Source: an uncultured delta proteobacterium (GTDB lineage Bacteria > Myxococcota_A > Polyangia > Fen-1088). From it: a DNA stretch of 64,000 bases. The notes beneath the pieces were generated by a model. It was not told the origin of the DNA, ran no database searches, and saw only the letters and a program-made list of their open reading frames with translations. Shown piece by piece: positions 10,309-19,798 of this stretch. The stretch is taken from contig CAVTRY010000011.1 of NCBI GenBank assembly GCA_963737265.1, positions 288,001 through 352,000 on the forward strand, in the 5' to 3' direction. The number at the start of each line of letters is the position of its first letter. Within the stretch, counting starts at the first letter, position 1. The position numbers were made by a program, and so were the translations under genes.

Positions 10309-11610
10309 ATGAAATTCCTAACCGGGATGTCGGTGTTGTGTCTTATCGTCGCTGGGGCTGCGTGTTCGGATTCGGATTCTACCAAGAAGGGGTGCGGAAG
10401 CGGCTGCCCGTCGGGGTTCGTGTGCCAAAGCAACCAGTGTGTTCAGCCGCAGGGCTTGGATGGTGGCTCCCACGACAGCGCACCAGCCGTTGATGCGAGG
10501 GCAGTGGACAGCCAGCTTGTCGTCGACGCCACACCAGTCAATTACGTGACCGGATCGGCCGACATTGCGCCGCTCGTAGACGGTGCGCAGATGGTGGACA
10601 GCGCGGCCTCCCTCGACGCTTTGGTTCAGGGAGACACGGGTGCGCAAACCGACGTGGCCGTCCGGTCCGACACGGCGACCCAGCCGGATGTCCCGCTGCA
10701 AGCCGATGACAGGTCCGATGCGATCGTCCTGGCGGACGCGTCCGTGACCCTGGACCTGGTGCCGCTGCTCGACTCGACGGCGCCGCTGGATAGCGCCGTT
10801 CAGTTGGACGCGGACATTTCGGTCGATGCCACGTTGCCGCTGGACACGGCCATGGCGCTTGATTCCGGGCAGGCAGTCGACTCGGCCACCCTCGTCGACA
10901 CCGGCACGCTAATCGACGCGCAGACCTGTGCGTCGCCCTCGCAGTGCCCTCTGGTCTGGTTCACCTTCGACGAGCCAGCCGGCACGGGCACGGTTCGCAA
11001 CAATGGCACCCTGGCCATCAGCAACACCGCGAGCTTTTTTGAGCAAGGAGTTCCGGGCAAGGTCAATCTTGCCATCTCGCTCAATGGAACCAGCAACGGG
11101 ATCCTCATGGCGAATAATTTGGCACTGGATGCCCTCCCCAGCGTCACCGCGGAAGGCTGGATTTACTACGCCGATCTCAACGACGGCACCTACTCGACAT
11201 TGGCCAAGAAGGATGGCGTGTTTCTGTGCCGGGCCAACAACAGCGGTTCGACCCACGAAATCCAATCCGCGATTTGGGCCGCGTCGCCCGGCGGGGACCC
11301 GCTTTTCAATCAGTCGGCGGCCATTTCCACGCCCGCGCTCAACACTTGGTACCACATGGCCTGTGTGTGGGACGGTTCCAGCAAAACCATGACGACCTTC
11401 TGGAACGGAAGCCAGATCGGTTCCTGGACCGACGCCACCCGGGCCTCCACCCTGGAAAGCAGCAACAATCCGTTCCTGGTGGGCGGCGCCGGCTACGGCG
11501 AAAACCTGCTTGGCCGACTTGACGAGTTCAAGCTGTGGAGCCAAGCTCGTACGCCCCAGCAGATCGGTCAGGCGGCCGGCAAGAGCTGGGACGGGAGCAC
11601 CTGCAACTAG
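10309..11610 (+). CDS. Lipoprotein with Cys-rich N-motif, Asp-periodic linker and C-terminal LamG/concanavalin-like domain
   Basis: ATG at 10309; lipobox GAAC; WFTFDE, TAEGWI, NTWYHMACVWDG and GRLDEFKLW. Confidence 0.75.
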   Translation: MKFLTGMSVLCLIVAGAACSDSDSTKKGCGSGCPSGFVCQSNQCVQPQGLDGGSHDSAPAVDARAVDSQLVVDATPVNYVTGSADIAPLVDGAQMVDSAASLDALVQGDTGAQTDVAVRSDTATQPDVPLQADDRSDAIVLADASVTLDLVPLLDSTAPLDSAVQLDADISVDATLPLDTAMALDSGQAVDSATLVDTGTLIDAQTCASPSQCPLVWFTFDEPAGTGTVRNNGTLAISNTASFFEQGVPGKVNLAISLNGTSNGILMANNLALDALPSVTAEGWIYYADLNDGTYSTLAKKDGVFLCRANNSGSTHEIQSAIWAASPGGDPLFNQSAAISTPALNTWYHMACVWDGSSKTMTTFWNGSQIGSWTDATRASTLESSNNPFLVGGAGYGENLLGRLDEFKLWSQARTPQQIGQAAGKSWDGSTCN

Positions 11611-11639
11611 CGATCGGTTGAACGAGGAGTAGGCGGCGT

Positions 11640-13211
11640 TTGACGGCGAAGCCGAGACAAGATTCCCAATGTCGACAATCCCTTGCCGTTCTTTTCGCCA
11701 TGGCATTGGCCGGCTGTTCTTCCGGAACCGAGGGAGCCGTTCAGAGAACGGGCGGTAGCACGGCCACGACAAGTGGCGCCACATCGAGCGATGGCGCGAT
11801 CGGTAGTGGCGGCGTGACGAGCAGTGGCGGAATCCCCAGCTCTGGCGGTTCTGGCGGGGCCACCGGAGACGCCGTGGGCACCGGCGGTGCGACGGGCAGC
11901 ACAGGTGGCGGCAGCTCTGGCGCCGCGACAGCTTCGGGTGGTGTTGCGCCGTCGGGTGGCGCGGCGGTGAATGGCGGCGCGGCAGTCACCGGCGGCAAGT
12001 TTGAAACAGGTGGTAGCGCAGGCTTGGGCGGCGGAACGGTGACAGGCGGCACCACGGGGCCGGGCGGTACGACTAGCGCCGGAGGCAGAACCGGCACTGG
12101 CGGAACGAGCAGCAATAGAGGCGGAACAACGGGCGCGGGAGGCGCCACCGAAACGGGAGGAACATTCAGCACATGTCCAAGCACGAACGCCAATCTATTC
12201 GCAATCGGCGCCGACGTTTCTTGGGTTCAAGCCGACGAGGCCGCGGGCATGACCTACGTCGACACGGATGGCGTGACCAAAGACATCTTCGTTCTCCTCA
12301 TGAACCACGGGTTCAATTACATTCGCCTGCGGACCTTCGTCGATCCGACTGCGTCGGACGGCTATTCGGCGGCTGGCTATTGCGACATCACCCACACGGC
12401 CGCGATGGGAAAGCGCATCAAAGACGCGTGCATGGGCTTCTCACTCGATTTTCACTACAGTGACACCTGGGCGGATGCCGGCAAGCAGTGTATTCCCCAG
12501 GCTTGGCTGAGCATGACCCTCGCTCAAATGATCCTGAAGGTCCATGACTACACGTTCAATAGTATTCAGACTCTGATGGCCGCCGGCGCGCGACCCGATA
12601 TAGTTCAGATTGGCAATGAGATTACGCCGGGCATGTTGATCCACGCTTGCGGCGCAGCGGGCACCCTCACCTCGACCAACGCCGTCAATGGCAGTACGTC
12701 GAATTGGACCAATCTCTCGGCTTTTCTCAAGGCGGGAATCCAGGGCGTTCACGACGTCGATCCTAGCATCAAGATCGCGCTTCATACCGACATGGGCGGC
12801 TACCCCAGTGGCAACTTGAGCTGGCTGAACAATGCAATATCTCACGGCGCGAGGCCGGATTTCTATCTGGATTCGTGCTACGTGGCATCTCAAGGACAGC
12901 CAAGTGGTTGGCAGACCAACTTCAACACCCTCATGAGTACCAGCGCATTCACCAATGTCCGATTCGGAATCGCCGAATACAACAACGAAGCCGTCACGAG
13001 TCCAGCCGGTACGACCAGCATTCGAAATGCCAACGATATCATTTATAACCTGGCCAATAACCGCGGATTCGGGGCGTTCTTCTGGGAGCCGACACATTCA
13101 GGGGGCTGGGGCAGCGGTCTATTCACCGTCAGTGGAAGCGTCAGTACGGCCATCGTCTCGGCCTTTGCCATCTACGATTCGATCAAGACCACCTACAAGA
13201 GTCGCTTGTAG
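11640..13211 (+). CDS. GH53 endo-beta-1,4-galactanase, lipoprotein with Gly/Thr-rich linker
   Basis: GADVS, NYIRLR, DFHYSDTWAD.GKQ, VQIGNEI (acid/base), IAE (nucleophile) and FFWEP; lipobox LAGC. Confidence 0.9.
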   Translation: MTAKPRQDSQCRQSLAVLFAMALAGCSSGTEGAVQRTGGSTATTSGATSSDGAIGSGGVTSSGGIPSSGGSGGATGDAVGTGGATGSTGGGSSGAATASGGVAPSGGAAVNGGAAVTGGKFETGGSAGLGGGTVTGGTTGPGGTTSAGGRTGTGGTSSNRGGTTGAGGATETGGTFSTCPSTNANLFAIGADVSWVQADEAAGMTYVDTDGVTKDIFVLLMNHGFNYIRLRTFVDPTASDGYSAAGYCDITHTAAMGKRIKDACMGFSLDFHYSDTWADAGKQCIPQAWLSMTLAQMILKVHDYTFNSIQTLMAAGARPDIVQIGNEITPGMLIHACGAAGTLTSTNAVNGSTSNWTNLSAFLKAGIQGVHDVDPSIKIALHTDMGGYPSGNLSWLNNAISHGARPDFYLDSCYVASQGQPSGWQTNFNTLMSTSAFTNVRFGIAEYNNEAVTSPAGTTSIRNANDIIYNLANNRGFGAFFWEPTHSGGWGSGLFTVSGSVSTAIVSAFAIYDSIKTTYKSRL

Positions 13212-13221
13212 GCGCGTCGAT

Positions 13222-14613
13222 TCAGACCGGGTAGTGGGGAAGTGGAAGCGGGCGAGGTTGGGTTGTCATCGGTCCATCGATCCATCGTCTCAATCTGTCG
13301 CTGACCCGCTCGAGGTATCCGTCGCCGCGCACGACCTCTTGGTAACCTGGGACGGTTCCGACCCACGTGCCCAGTCGGAGGTTCGGCGCATCCGTGAGGT
13401 ACATCGTCGCAAGGCCCATCAGCGCGGGGCCATCCATACCCGCGGTGGTGACCCCGAGCTGGCCAACCAGGCCATGCACTCCCCTCAAATGCTCGATGAG
13501 CTGGAGTTGCGCGCGCCGCATGTCGGCGCCTTGGAAGATGGGCTCCTTCCAGAAGACCGTCATGTCGACGGCGCCCGGCGGGACCCCGCCGTCACGGAGG
13601 GCGTCGCCAATCAGGACAGGCACGCAATTGACGGCCAGCGCTCGTCGGGCAAGCTCGACAATCTCGGCGTATGTTGTGTTTCGCGTGGGATGATGCACGC
13701 CTTGGCGGACCCACAGGAGAGCCTTCTTTCCCGTCGAAACGCCGGCGAGCCTCCGCTCGGTCCAATCGACGACTGCCTGCGGGATTGGTGCATCGCCGAG
13801 GAATGCGGCCCGGACCTTTCGCTGCGCCGAGAGAGGGTCGGCGCGAAAGGCGCGTGCGACGATCTCGGGGAGGTGCTTGTTGGCGCGCGGGCGCGAGCGA
13901 TACGGCGTAAGCCTTGAGCCGAGGCCGGCGTCCCGAAGGAAGCGCTCTGCCTGCGACGATTGCCGCTTGCCCGGCTCGATCTGAATCGCGACGCCGGCCA
14001 GGACGGCTGCCGCAGCGAGGTACCAGCCTTCACCAAACGAGAAGCCCGGGTCGGCATGGAAAGTATAGGCGTGGTTTCGCTCGTCCACGATCCTGTGTGC
14101 GTCGCGTGCCGCAGCTTCTGCTGCCCGAGCTGCTTTCCACCCGGCGTTGTTGTCGAGCTCGGCGGCCACGCGCGCCGCCGCCGCCGCCGACGCCTCCGCA
14201 ACAGCGACAATCTCCTCGACCCGCTGCCAGCCGTCGTCGCAGGCTTCGCTCGTCGGAGCGCGCTGGGCGCCGAGCGAAAGTTGGCCCGCTCCGTGGCGAG
14301 CGTCTTGTGCGCGGGCAGCGTGGGCCTTCACTAACGTAGAACGCGCGTTCGCCTTTGTCCGGGCATCCATGCGAGCGTCTTCGCAAGCGTCCCTATTCGC
14401 GTCACCTCCCGCTTGTTCGCCCTGTCGCTCGGCGGCGGCGAGGACGCGATTCGCAAGATGGATCGCGAGCTGGATTTGACGACGATGCCGCTCGCGCCCG
14501 CCCGGCAAGTGCAAGGTGTCCGCCTGCGCGAGCTCGTCGGCGAGAATGGCCGCAGCCGCACGCTCGAGAGCGTGCACATCAAGAGACGCCGCGAGGTCGA
14601 GCATCGTCGCCAC
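13222..14613 (-). CDS. Hypothetical protein: Ala-rich helical N-half, possible glycosyltransferase-B-like C-terminal domain
   Basis: 463-aa ORF filling the gap; C-terminal LLWVR...RN...PVLIGD...GVTTAGMDGPALMG pattern. Confidence 0.6.
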   Translation of the reverse strand: MATMLDLAASLDVHALERAAAAILADELAQADTLHLPGGRERHRRQIQLAIHLANRVLAAAERQGEQAGGDANRDACEDARMDARTKANARSTLVKAHAARAQDARHGAGQLSLGAQRAPTSEACDDGWQRVEEIVAVAEASAAAAARVAAELDNNAGWKAARAAEAAARDAHRIVDERNHAYTFHADPGFSFGEGWYLAAAAVLAGVAIQIEPGKRQSSQAERFLRDAGLGSRLTPYRSRPRANKHLPEIVARAFRADPLSAQRKVRAAFLGDAPIPQAVVDWTERRLAGVSTGKKALLWVRQGVHHPTRNTTYAEIVELARRALAVNCVPVLIGDALRDGGVPPGAVDMTVFWKEPIFQGADMRRAQLQLIEHLRGVHGLVGQLGVTTAGMDGPALMGLATMYLTDAPNLRLGTWVGTVPGYQEVVRGDGYLERVSDRLRRWIDGPMTTQPRPLPLPHYPV

Positions 14614-14696
14614 GGGCTCTCTTTACCGTCCCAGAGCCGCGCGGTCTAGCCGCGCGAACCTGGCCGAAGGCTTCTTTCGCTATACTCACGAATCGA

Positions 14697-15293
14697 CTAC
14701 TTCGCGCCACCGTAGAAATAGTAGTCGGCGCTGTAGTCAACACTCAATTCCGCGTCGGGCTTTTCGCCTTCGCAGCCAGATGCCGGGGCTTTCCCTTGGT
14801 TCGTGTTCACGCGCTGTACGTATTCCACCTTGGAGAACACCCCGGCACCTTGGTGCGCGGCCGCCTGCACGAGAAGCCACGGTATCGCATCGGCTCGTGG
14901 TGCATCGACCTGGGCAATCTTTTTTCCCCGTATGGAGCTGCCATCGACCGACAGCCAACTCGGGCCCGCGCCGTGCGTGCCGGCCCGGTTTTCCTTGGCA
15001 TCGAAGAGTTGCGCGGCGGGCGCCTTTAGAATCCAGGCTGGCGGCCCGCTGGCGGAGGCTTTGCACGAATATATCTGGGTCCCGACCGCATGAAAGCGAG
15101 CCAGCAGGCTGGCTCCTGCGGGCACGCGGATCGTCGCTGGCACTTGGGGCGACACGAGCCACCCCGCCTCGTCATTCAGGCGCTGCGCCGGACTATCGTT
15201 TCTTTGGGGTGCCGTTCGGCACGCGATTCCCATTCCCACACCCGCAAGGGAAAGCGCGAAAATCAGCGTAGTCTTCGATCGACTCAGGTTCAT
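14697..15293 (-). CDS. DUF3455 family secreted/lipoprotein
   Basis: AVGTQIYSC, APAAQL, HGAGPSW, AIPWLL, QRVNT.QGKAP and YSADYYFY; start M at 15293. Confidence 0.85.
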   Translation of the reverse strand: MNLSRSKTTLIFALSLAGVGMGIACRTAPQRNDSPAQRLNDEAGWLVSPQVPATIRVPAGASLLARFHAVGTQIYSCKASASGPPAWILKAPAAQLFDAKENRAGTHGAGPSWLSVDGSSIRGKKIAQVDAPRADAIPWLLVQAAAHQGAGVFSKVEYVQRVNTNQGKAPASGCEGEKPDAELSVDYSADYYFYGGAK

Positions 15294-15361
15294 GCGTGCA
15301 GCTTCCTCGGCAACTGCTGCTTTTACTCTGACACGCGTCCCTGAGCGCGGCACTACGCAAT

Positions 15362-15841
15362 TCAGCGCGGCCCCTGGATCGGGAGCACGATGGTCGCGCA
15401 TTTCACGCGGGTCGGCCGCTGATCCTTGGGATACCTGAAGACCAGCTGTCGCGTTCGCTCCTGCCCTGGAGCAAAGGCTTCGGATCTGTCGGCGGCGGAA
15501 TTCACGTCCGGGTGTCGAGCCACGACCAAAGGTTCGGTACCCTGGCCTTTCTCGGTGAGGGTGCATGCGTCGTAGGAAAACGTTTGTTCCTCGGCGGCCT
15601 CATTGTGCACGGTCAGAACCATCCAAATGAACTTTTCGCCAATCTCGGGATGGAATTCCACACCCCCTTCGCCCACGTACTCGTCGGGGCCTTCCTTGAC
15701 CTGGCCGAGTGTAACGACCCACCCGTCGGCGCGCTTGGAAACCGGGGTGTTCATCAGGATCGAAGAACATGCCGAGAATCCGCCGATCCACGCACCTAGT
15801 AAGAACATCGTGTTGACGCCGCGCATCGATTTCATGTGCAT
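15362..15841 (-). CDS. Lipoprotein, DUF4352-like Ig fold
   Basis: GGAGGA RBS; lipobox FSAC; LTVHN and PGQERT..LVF pattern. Confidence 0.6.
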   Translation of the reverse strand: MHMKSMRGVNTMFLLGAWIGGFSACSSILMNTPVSKRADGWVVTLGQVKEGPDEYVGEGGVEFHPEIGEKFIWMVLTVHNEAAEEQTFSYDACTLTEKGQGTEPLVVARHPDVNSAADRSEAFAPGQERTRQLVFRYPKDQRPTRVKCATIVLPIQGPR

Positions 15842-15915
15842 TCCTCCAAGTGCGCCTTCTGCCTCTAGCTCGACGTTGTAGGACGACTGTCGGCCAAATG
15901 CAAGCTGACGCGGAG

Positions 15916-16155
15916 CTAGCCTGGTAGGGGCTTCTCAGGCTTCAGTTGTTTGTTCGGGTACAGGCTCATGAAGAGCTGGACCAGCTTGCTGCGACGGACG
16001 GGGTTGGTTCGGGGAAGCGTGCTGTCGCAGTCCGAGCAAAGATAGAAGATCTCCACGCCCGGCTGGCCATCGACGAGCTGATACGAAAAGCGAATGATAG
16101 TGGCCTTCTCATCGCTCACGATGCCACACTGGTCACAGCGGAAAGTGTTGGACAT
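15916..16155 (-). CDS. Small hypothetical zinc-ribbon protein
   Basis: 79 aa from ATG 16155 with CDQC and CSDC pairs. Confidence 0.5.
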   Translation of the reverse strand: MSNTFRCDQCGIVSDEKATIIRFSYQLVDGQPGVEIFYLCSDCDSTLPRTNPVRRSKLVQLFMSLYPNKQLKPEKPLPG

Positions 16156-16352
16156 GCTGGGTAGCGCTGCTCGTAGTTGTGGCGTCTGCTTACCACACCA
16201 AGGTGCTAATGCGATCAAGCTCGGACCTCGGCCGGGCGGTTGCTCGAGAGCTTGGCCAAGGCTTTCAGGTCAAGCGTGGCACTGCCGCCGCGTACGACCA
16301 GGGTCTTCCACACCTGGTCGAGCGGCAACTCCATTCCCTTCGACCGGCGGTA

Positions 16353-17552
16353 CTAGGTCGACGAGACCGAGAAGCTGTTGTTGATGAATTCCTGCGTCGA
16401 TCCCCCGTCCGAAGAGATTTCCCAGCCCCACTGCACCTGATCGAGTGTCCAGGTGTTATCGAATTGCCCGTATTGGGTGGTATTGTTGGCGATGAGCCAG
16501 TCCAGGATGGCTTTGATGTCCACCGTTCCCGTGGTGACGTTGGTGCTGCTGACAAAGGAAATCGTGGCATTGCTTCCGTTGCTGCCATAGTGGACGGTCC
16601 AGGTGTAGTCGCCGATGGTGGGCTTTGTCGAGGCTACAATGGACGAGATCGGCCCCGCCTTGTAGGTGTACATCCAGATCATGAGCTCGATGCGCGTGTT
16701 TCCGCCTCCGGGGGTCCTGAGCCATATGTCGTAGGCGGCTTCCCAAACTCCAATATTGCCGGGCACGGTAATGTCGAAGCTGCTGGTGTATGTGTTGATA
16801 GAGCTGATGAGCTTTCTGGGTGAAACACCGATGTTGGGATAGGACTTGACGCCACCGGTCTGGGGATGATTGCTGGCAAAACCCCACAAGGTTGACGTGG
16901 TCGCCCACACGCACTCGGGGCCTGCGCCCGATCCCCAGACGTTGTTGGCGACGGAAAAGCCACTGGTATTGTACGACGGCCCCTCATTGACGCAGCTACA
17001 GAAGCTCGACGTGATGCCTGCGGGCACTGCTCCTGGGCAGGTGGTGGTAACGGCACTTGTGTTGTAGGTGGTGCCACCGCCGCCGGTCGTACCGCCCATG
17101 GCGGCTGTCCCGGCCCCGCTCGTGTTTCCGCCCATTGCGTTCGTTCCACCCTTTGCAGGCGTCGTTCCACCCGCTCCCGACGTCATACCGCCCATGTTCG
17201 TCATTCCGCCCTTGCTCGCGGTTCCGCCCATTTCCAACGTCGTGCCGCCCATGTTCGTGGCGCCCGCGCTGGCCGTGCTTCCGCCCAGGCTTGTCGCGCC
17301 GCCGGCGATGGGCGCGGATCCACCCATAGCCGTCGTTCCTCCGGCCCCGTTGGTCGTGCTGGTCGTGCCTCCGGCACCCGCGCCTGCCGTGCCACCGGTC
17401 GTCGTCGATGAACCTCCCACCGCGCTACTGCCGCCGGTGCTGGCCGGCCCGGCGGTGTTGCTCGAACAGGCGCCGGCAGCAGACGCCCCGATCAGGGCAG
17501 CAAGGAAAATTCCTGTGTCAAACCAGGACCCATTGAAACCGCGTGTCTTCAT
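16353..17552 (-). CDS. GH12 endoglucanase/xyloglucanase, lipoprotein with Gly/Thr/Met-rich linker
   Basis: NNVWG, VKSYPN, AAYDIW, ELMIW and QWGWEI; lipobox AGAC. Confidence 0.88.
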   Translation of the reverse strand: MKTRGFNGSWFDTGIFLAALIGASAAGACSSNTAGPASTGGSSAVGGSSTTTGGTAGAGAGGTTSTTNGAGGTTAMGGSAPIAGGATSLGGSTASAGATNMGGTTLEMGGTASKGGMTNMGGMTSGAGGTTPAKGGTNAMGGNTSGAGTAAMGGTTGGGGTTYNTSAVTTTCPGAVPAGITSSFCSCVNEGPSYNTSGFSVANNVWGSGAGPECVWATTSTLWGFASNHPQTGGVKSYPNIGVSPRKLISSINTYTSSFDITVPGNIGVWEAAYDIWLRTPGGGNTRIELMIWMYTYKAGPISSIVASTKPTIGDYTWTVHYGSNGSNATISFVSSTNVTTGTVDIKAILDWLIANNTTQYGQFDNTWTLDQVQWGWEISSDGGSTQEFINNSFSVSST

Positions 17553-17852
17553 GAGAAAGATCCTCCCCGAGCGCGAGATTGGCGATAGCCACCTCCCGTA
17601 TATGTAAGGAATTCGCAGAACTGTGCACCTGCAACGCGTCTTGAACGGCAGGTCACCAGCCAATCTCCTGGGCGGTCTGCGGGCCGATCACACATTGCCC
17701 TAGGCTCTCGGGCATCTGGGCTGCCGACTCGGAGACGGCGATGAACCGTGGGGAGAGAGCCGGTTCGGCGTAGCCCGCCGGGAATATGGGCAAGGTCTGC
17801 CGCCCGTCCCATGTGTCGCGACCCGGCTCCTCAGTCTTGGGTGACAGGGTTG

Positions 17853-17886
17853 ACCATAGGTCCTCAGATTTCTGAGGACCTATGGT
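17853..17886. repeat. Perfect 16-bp inverted repeat with 2-nt spacer
   Basis: ACCATAGGTCCTCAGA-TT-TCTGAGGACCTATGGT between divergent genes. Confidence 0.9.
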
Positions 17887-17981
17887 ATGCAGATTGAATC
17901 GAAGCCTGATCTTTCGCGATCCATCCGTGGCTAAATTGTGGATCGGAGCTTGCTAGGTCAGGCTACGCAAAGGAGTTATTC

Positions 17982-18875
17982 ATGCGCGTGCTCATGACGA
18001 ATGGTGGACTCGGATTGGCGTTCGCCTTGTTCCTTTTCGGTTGTCAGAAGGAGGGGGTGGAGATCATCTCCGACGCGGGCGTCTCGCAGGGCGGCGCGGG
18101 GTCACCGCCCGTTGGGACCGGAGCGGGCGGAACAGGTGGGCTGCTGGGAACGGGCGGCGCATCCGCGACGGGCGGCGGCTTTGCAACTGGCGGCGGACCT
18201 GCAGCGGGCGGCGCACCCGCGACGGGCGGAAGAACCGGTCAGGGTGGATCGCAGGGCGGCGTCAGCGGCGGCGCGCCGGGAACGGGCGGGCAGTCTTCAT
18301 CGGGTGGCGCGATCGGAACTGGGGGCGGTGCCAAAACTGGTGGTGCGATCGGCGCGGGCGGAATGCTTGCCACCGGCGGGTCGACCGGTCCGGGTGGCGC
18401 GAACGGCGGCGCTGGCGGGGCAGGCGGGTCGGCGGCGGGAGGCAGCCTGGGTGGAAGCGGCGGCGGGTTGGGAGCGGGCGGCAGCGCCGGAGGGAGCCAC
18501 GGCGGGGCCGGAGGCGGCTCAGGCGGGGCGGGTGGTCAGGTGGCGGACGGCGGCGTTAGCTGTACGGATTTGGAGAATCAATACCAGGCCGCACTGCCGG
18601 CGGCACGCAGCTGCGACGTCAATGCGATCGGGCAGTGCCAGCAACCGGTCAGCTCATCTCTCTCTCCCTGCTTCGTCAACTGCATGACGTACGTCAACAA
18701 CGCCTTGACTCTGAATGCCATCAAGGCGAGTTGGGTGCAAGCCGGCTGCAATCAGATAGTGGCCATTTGCCCCCTGATTGCCTGCATCCAGCCCAAAGCA
18801 GGTGTGTGCGTCGCCGCCGACGCTGGCGGTGGAACGTGCAGCTCCGTAAGCGGCATCCTAGCGTCGGCGAACTGA
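17982..18875 (+). CDS. Gly-rich lipoprotein with Cys-rich C-terminal domain
   Basis: AAGGAG RBS; lipobox LFGC; long GG repeats; about ten Cys in the last ~105 aa. Confidence 0.75.
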   Translation: MRVLMTNGGLGLAFALFLFGCQKEGVEIISDAGVSQGGAGSPPVGTGAGGTGGLLGTGGASATGGGFATGGGPAAGGAPATGGRTGQGGSQGGVSGGAPGTGGQSSSGGAIGTGGGAKTGGAIGAGGMLATGGSTGPGGANGGAGGAGGSAAGGSLGGSGGGLGAGGSAGGSHGGAGGGSGGAGGQVADGGVSCTDLENQYQAALPAARSCDVNAIGQCQQPVSSSLSPCFVNCMTYVNNALTLNAIKASWVQAGCNQIVAICPLIACIQPKAGVCVAADAGGGTCSSVSGILASAN

Positions 18876-18913
18876 AGTCTCTTGCAACATGCCCGCTCGG
18901 TCGGCGGGAAAAA

Positions 18914-19669
18914 CTAGGCGATCCCGGCGCACTTGGCGATTTCGAAGAAGCGAGGCGCAAGGGTCAGACGGCGCCCGTCCAGCGACAGAGCTTGCTTGCG
19001 GGCGAGGTCCGCCACGATACGCGAAACCGTCTCGCGGCGGGCACCGACCCGGCTGGCAAGATCGAGTTGGGTTGGAATTCGGGGTATCACTTTGCCGCCA
19101 GCCGAATCCTCGCCCTCATCGCGAGCCAGGTTGTAGAGCAGGCGACAGAGCCGATCTTCAACGTCCGAGGTCGCGAGCCCGGCGGCCAGCAGCTTGACAA
19201 AGCGGAGGCGCCTGTCCATATCGCGGACGAGAGCCAGCGCCGCCTGGGGAAGGCTGCCGAGTAGGGAGAGAAACTCGGCGCGTGGGATGAACATCAGAAG
19301 ACTGGTCTCGGCGGCGACCAGCCCGTCGCCGGGAATGCTCCCAGCCGACGTGAGAGCAGCGTCGGCGATCAGATTTCCCGCGCGGAACGTTTCGAGCGTC
19401 AGCTCGCGTGCATGGTCGGTGCGGCGTATGGCACGCAAGGATCCCTTGACCACGAGGATCGCAGCATCCAACCAGCGGCCTTCGCACAGCACCCGTTGTC
19501 GCCTGCCGAACGACGAGAGCGAGGCAGTCAGCGAGAGGGGCGCGAGTGCGTGGTAGGGAAAACCGGCGAACCAAGGCGAGTTGTGCAACGCACTCAATAC
19601 CGGGTGAAAACTCATCTCCCGGTATGTCGCCGCCGAGGTGTCGGAACCTAGTGGAGCGATGGCATTCAT
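18914..19669 (-). CDS. Crp/Fnr family transcriptional regulator
   Basis: GGAGG RBS; cNMP-binding-like N-domain; HTH TQLDLASRVGARRETVSR. Confidence 0.88.
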   Translation of the reverse strand: MNAIAPLGSDTSAATYREMSFHPVLSALHNSPWFAGFPYHALAPLSLTASLSSFGRRQRVLCEGRWLDAAILVVKGSLRAIRRTDHARELTLETFRAGNLIADAALTSAGSIPGDGLVAAETSLLMFIPRAEFLSLLGSLPQAALALVRDMDRRLRFVKLLAAGLATSDVEDRLCRLLYNLARDEGEDSAGGKVIPRIPTQLDLASRVGARRETVSRIVADLARKQALSLDGRRLTLAPRFFEIAKCAGIA

Positions 19670-19798
19670 AAGAACCTCCTAGTCGCACGCGTAGTTGAGA
19701 AAACTCGATGAAAAGGACCTTTCGGCAGATCCTTCCCTACTTGTCTCGCGGCCGGACAAAACCTTACGGGTTTTTTTGGAGACAACCCGTGCGGGGAA

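Noticed and set aside
17690-17800. Nested GC-rich stems suggesting a riboswitch or ncRNA
   Set aside because: No recognisable family motif, and such pairing is expected by chance at this GC content; it would need an Infernal or covariation test.
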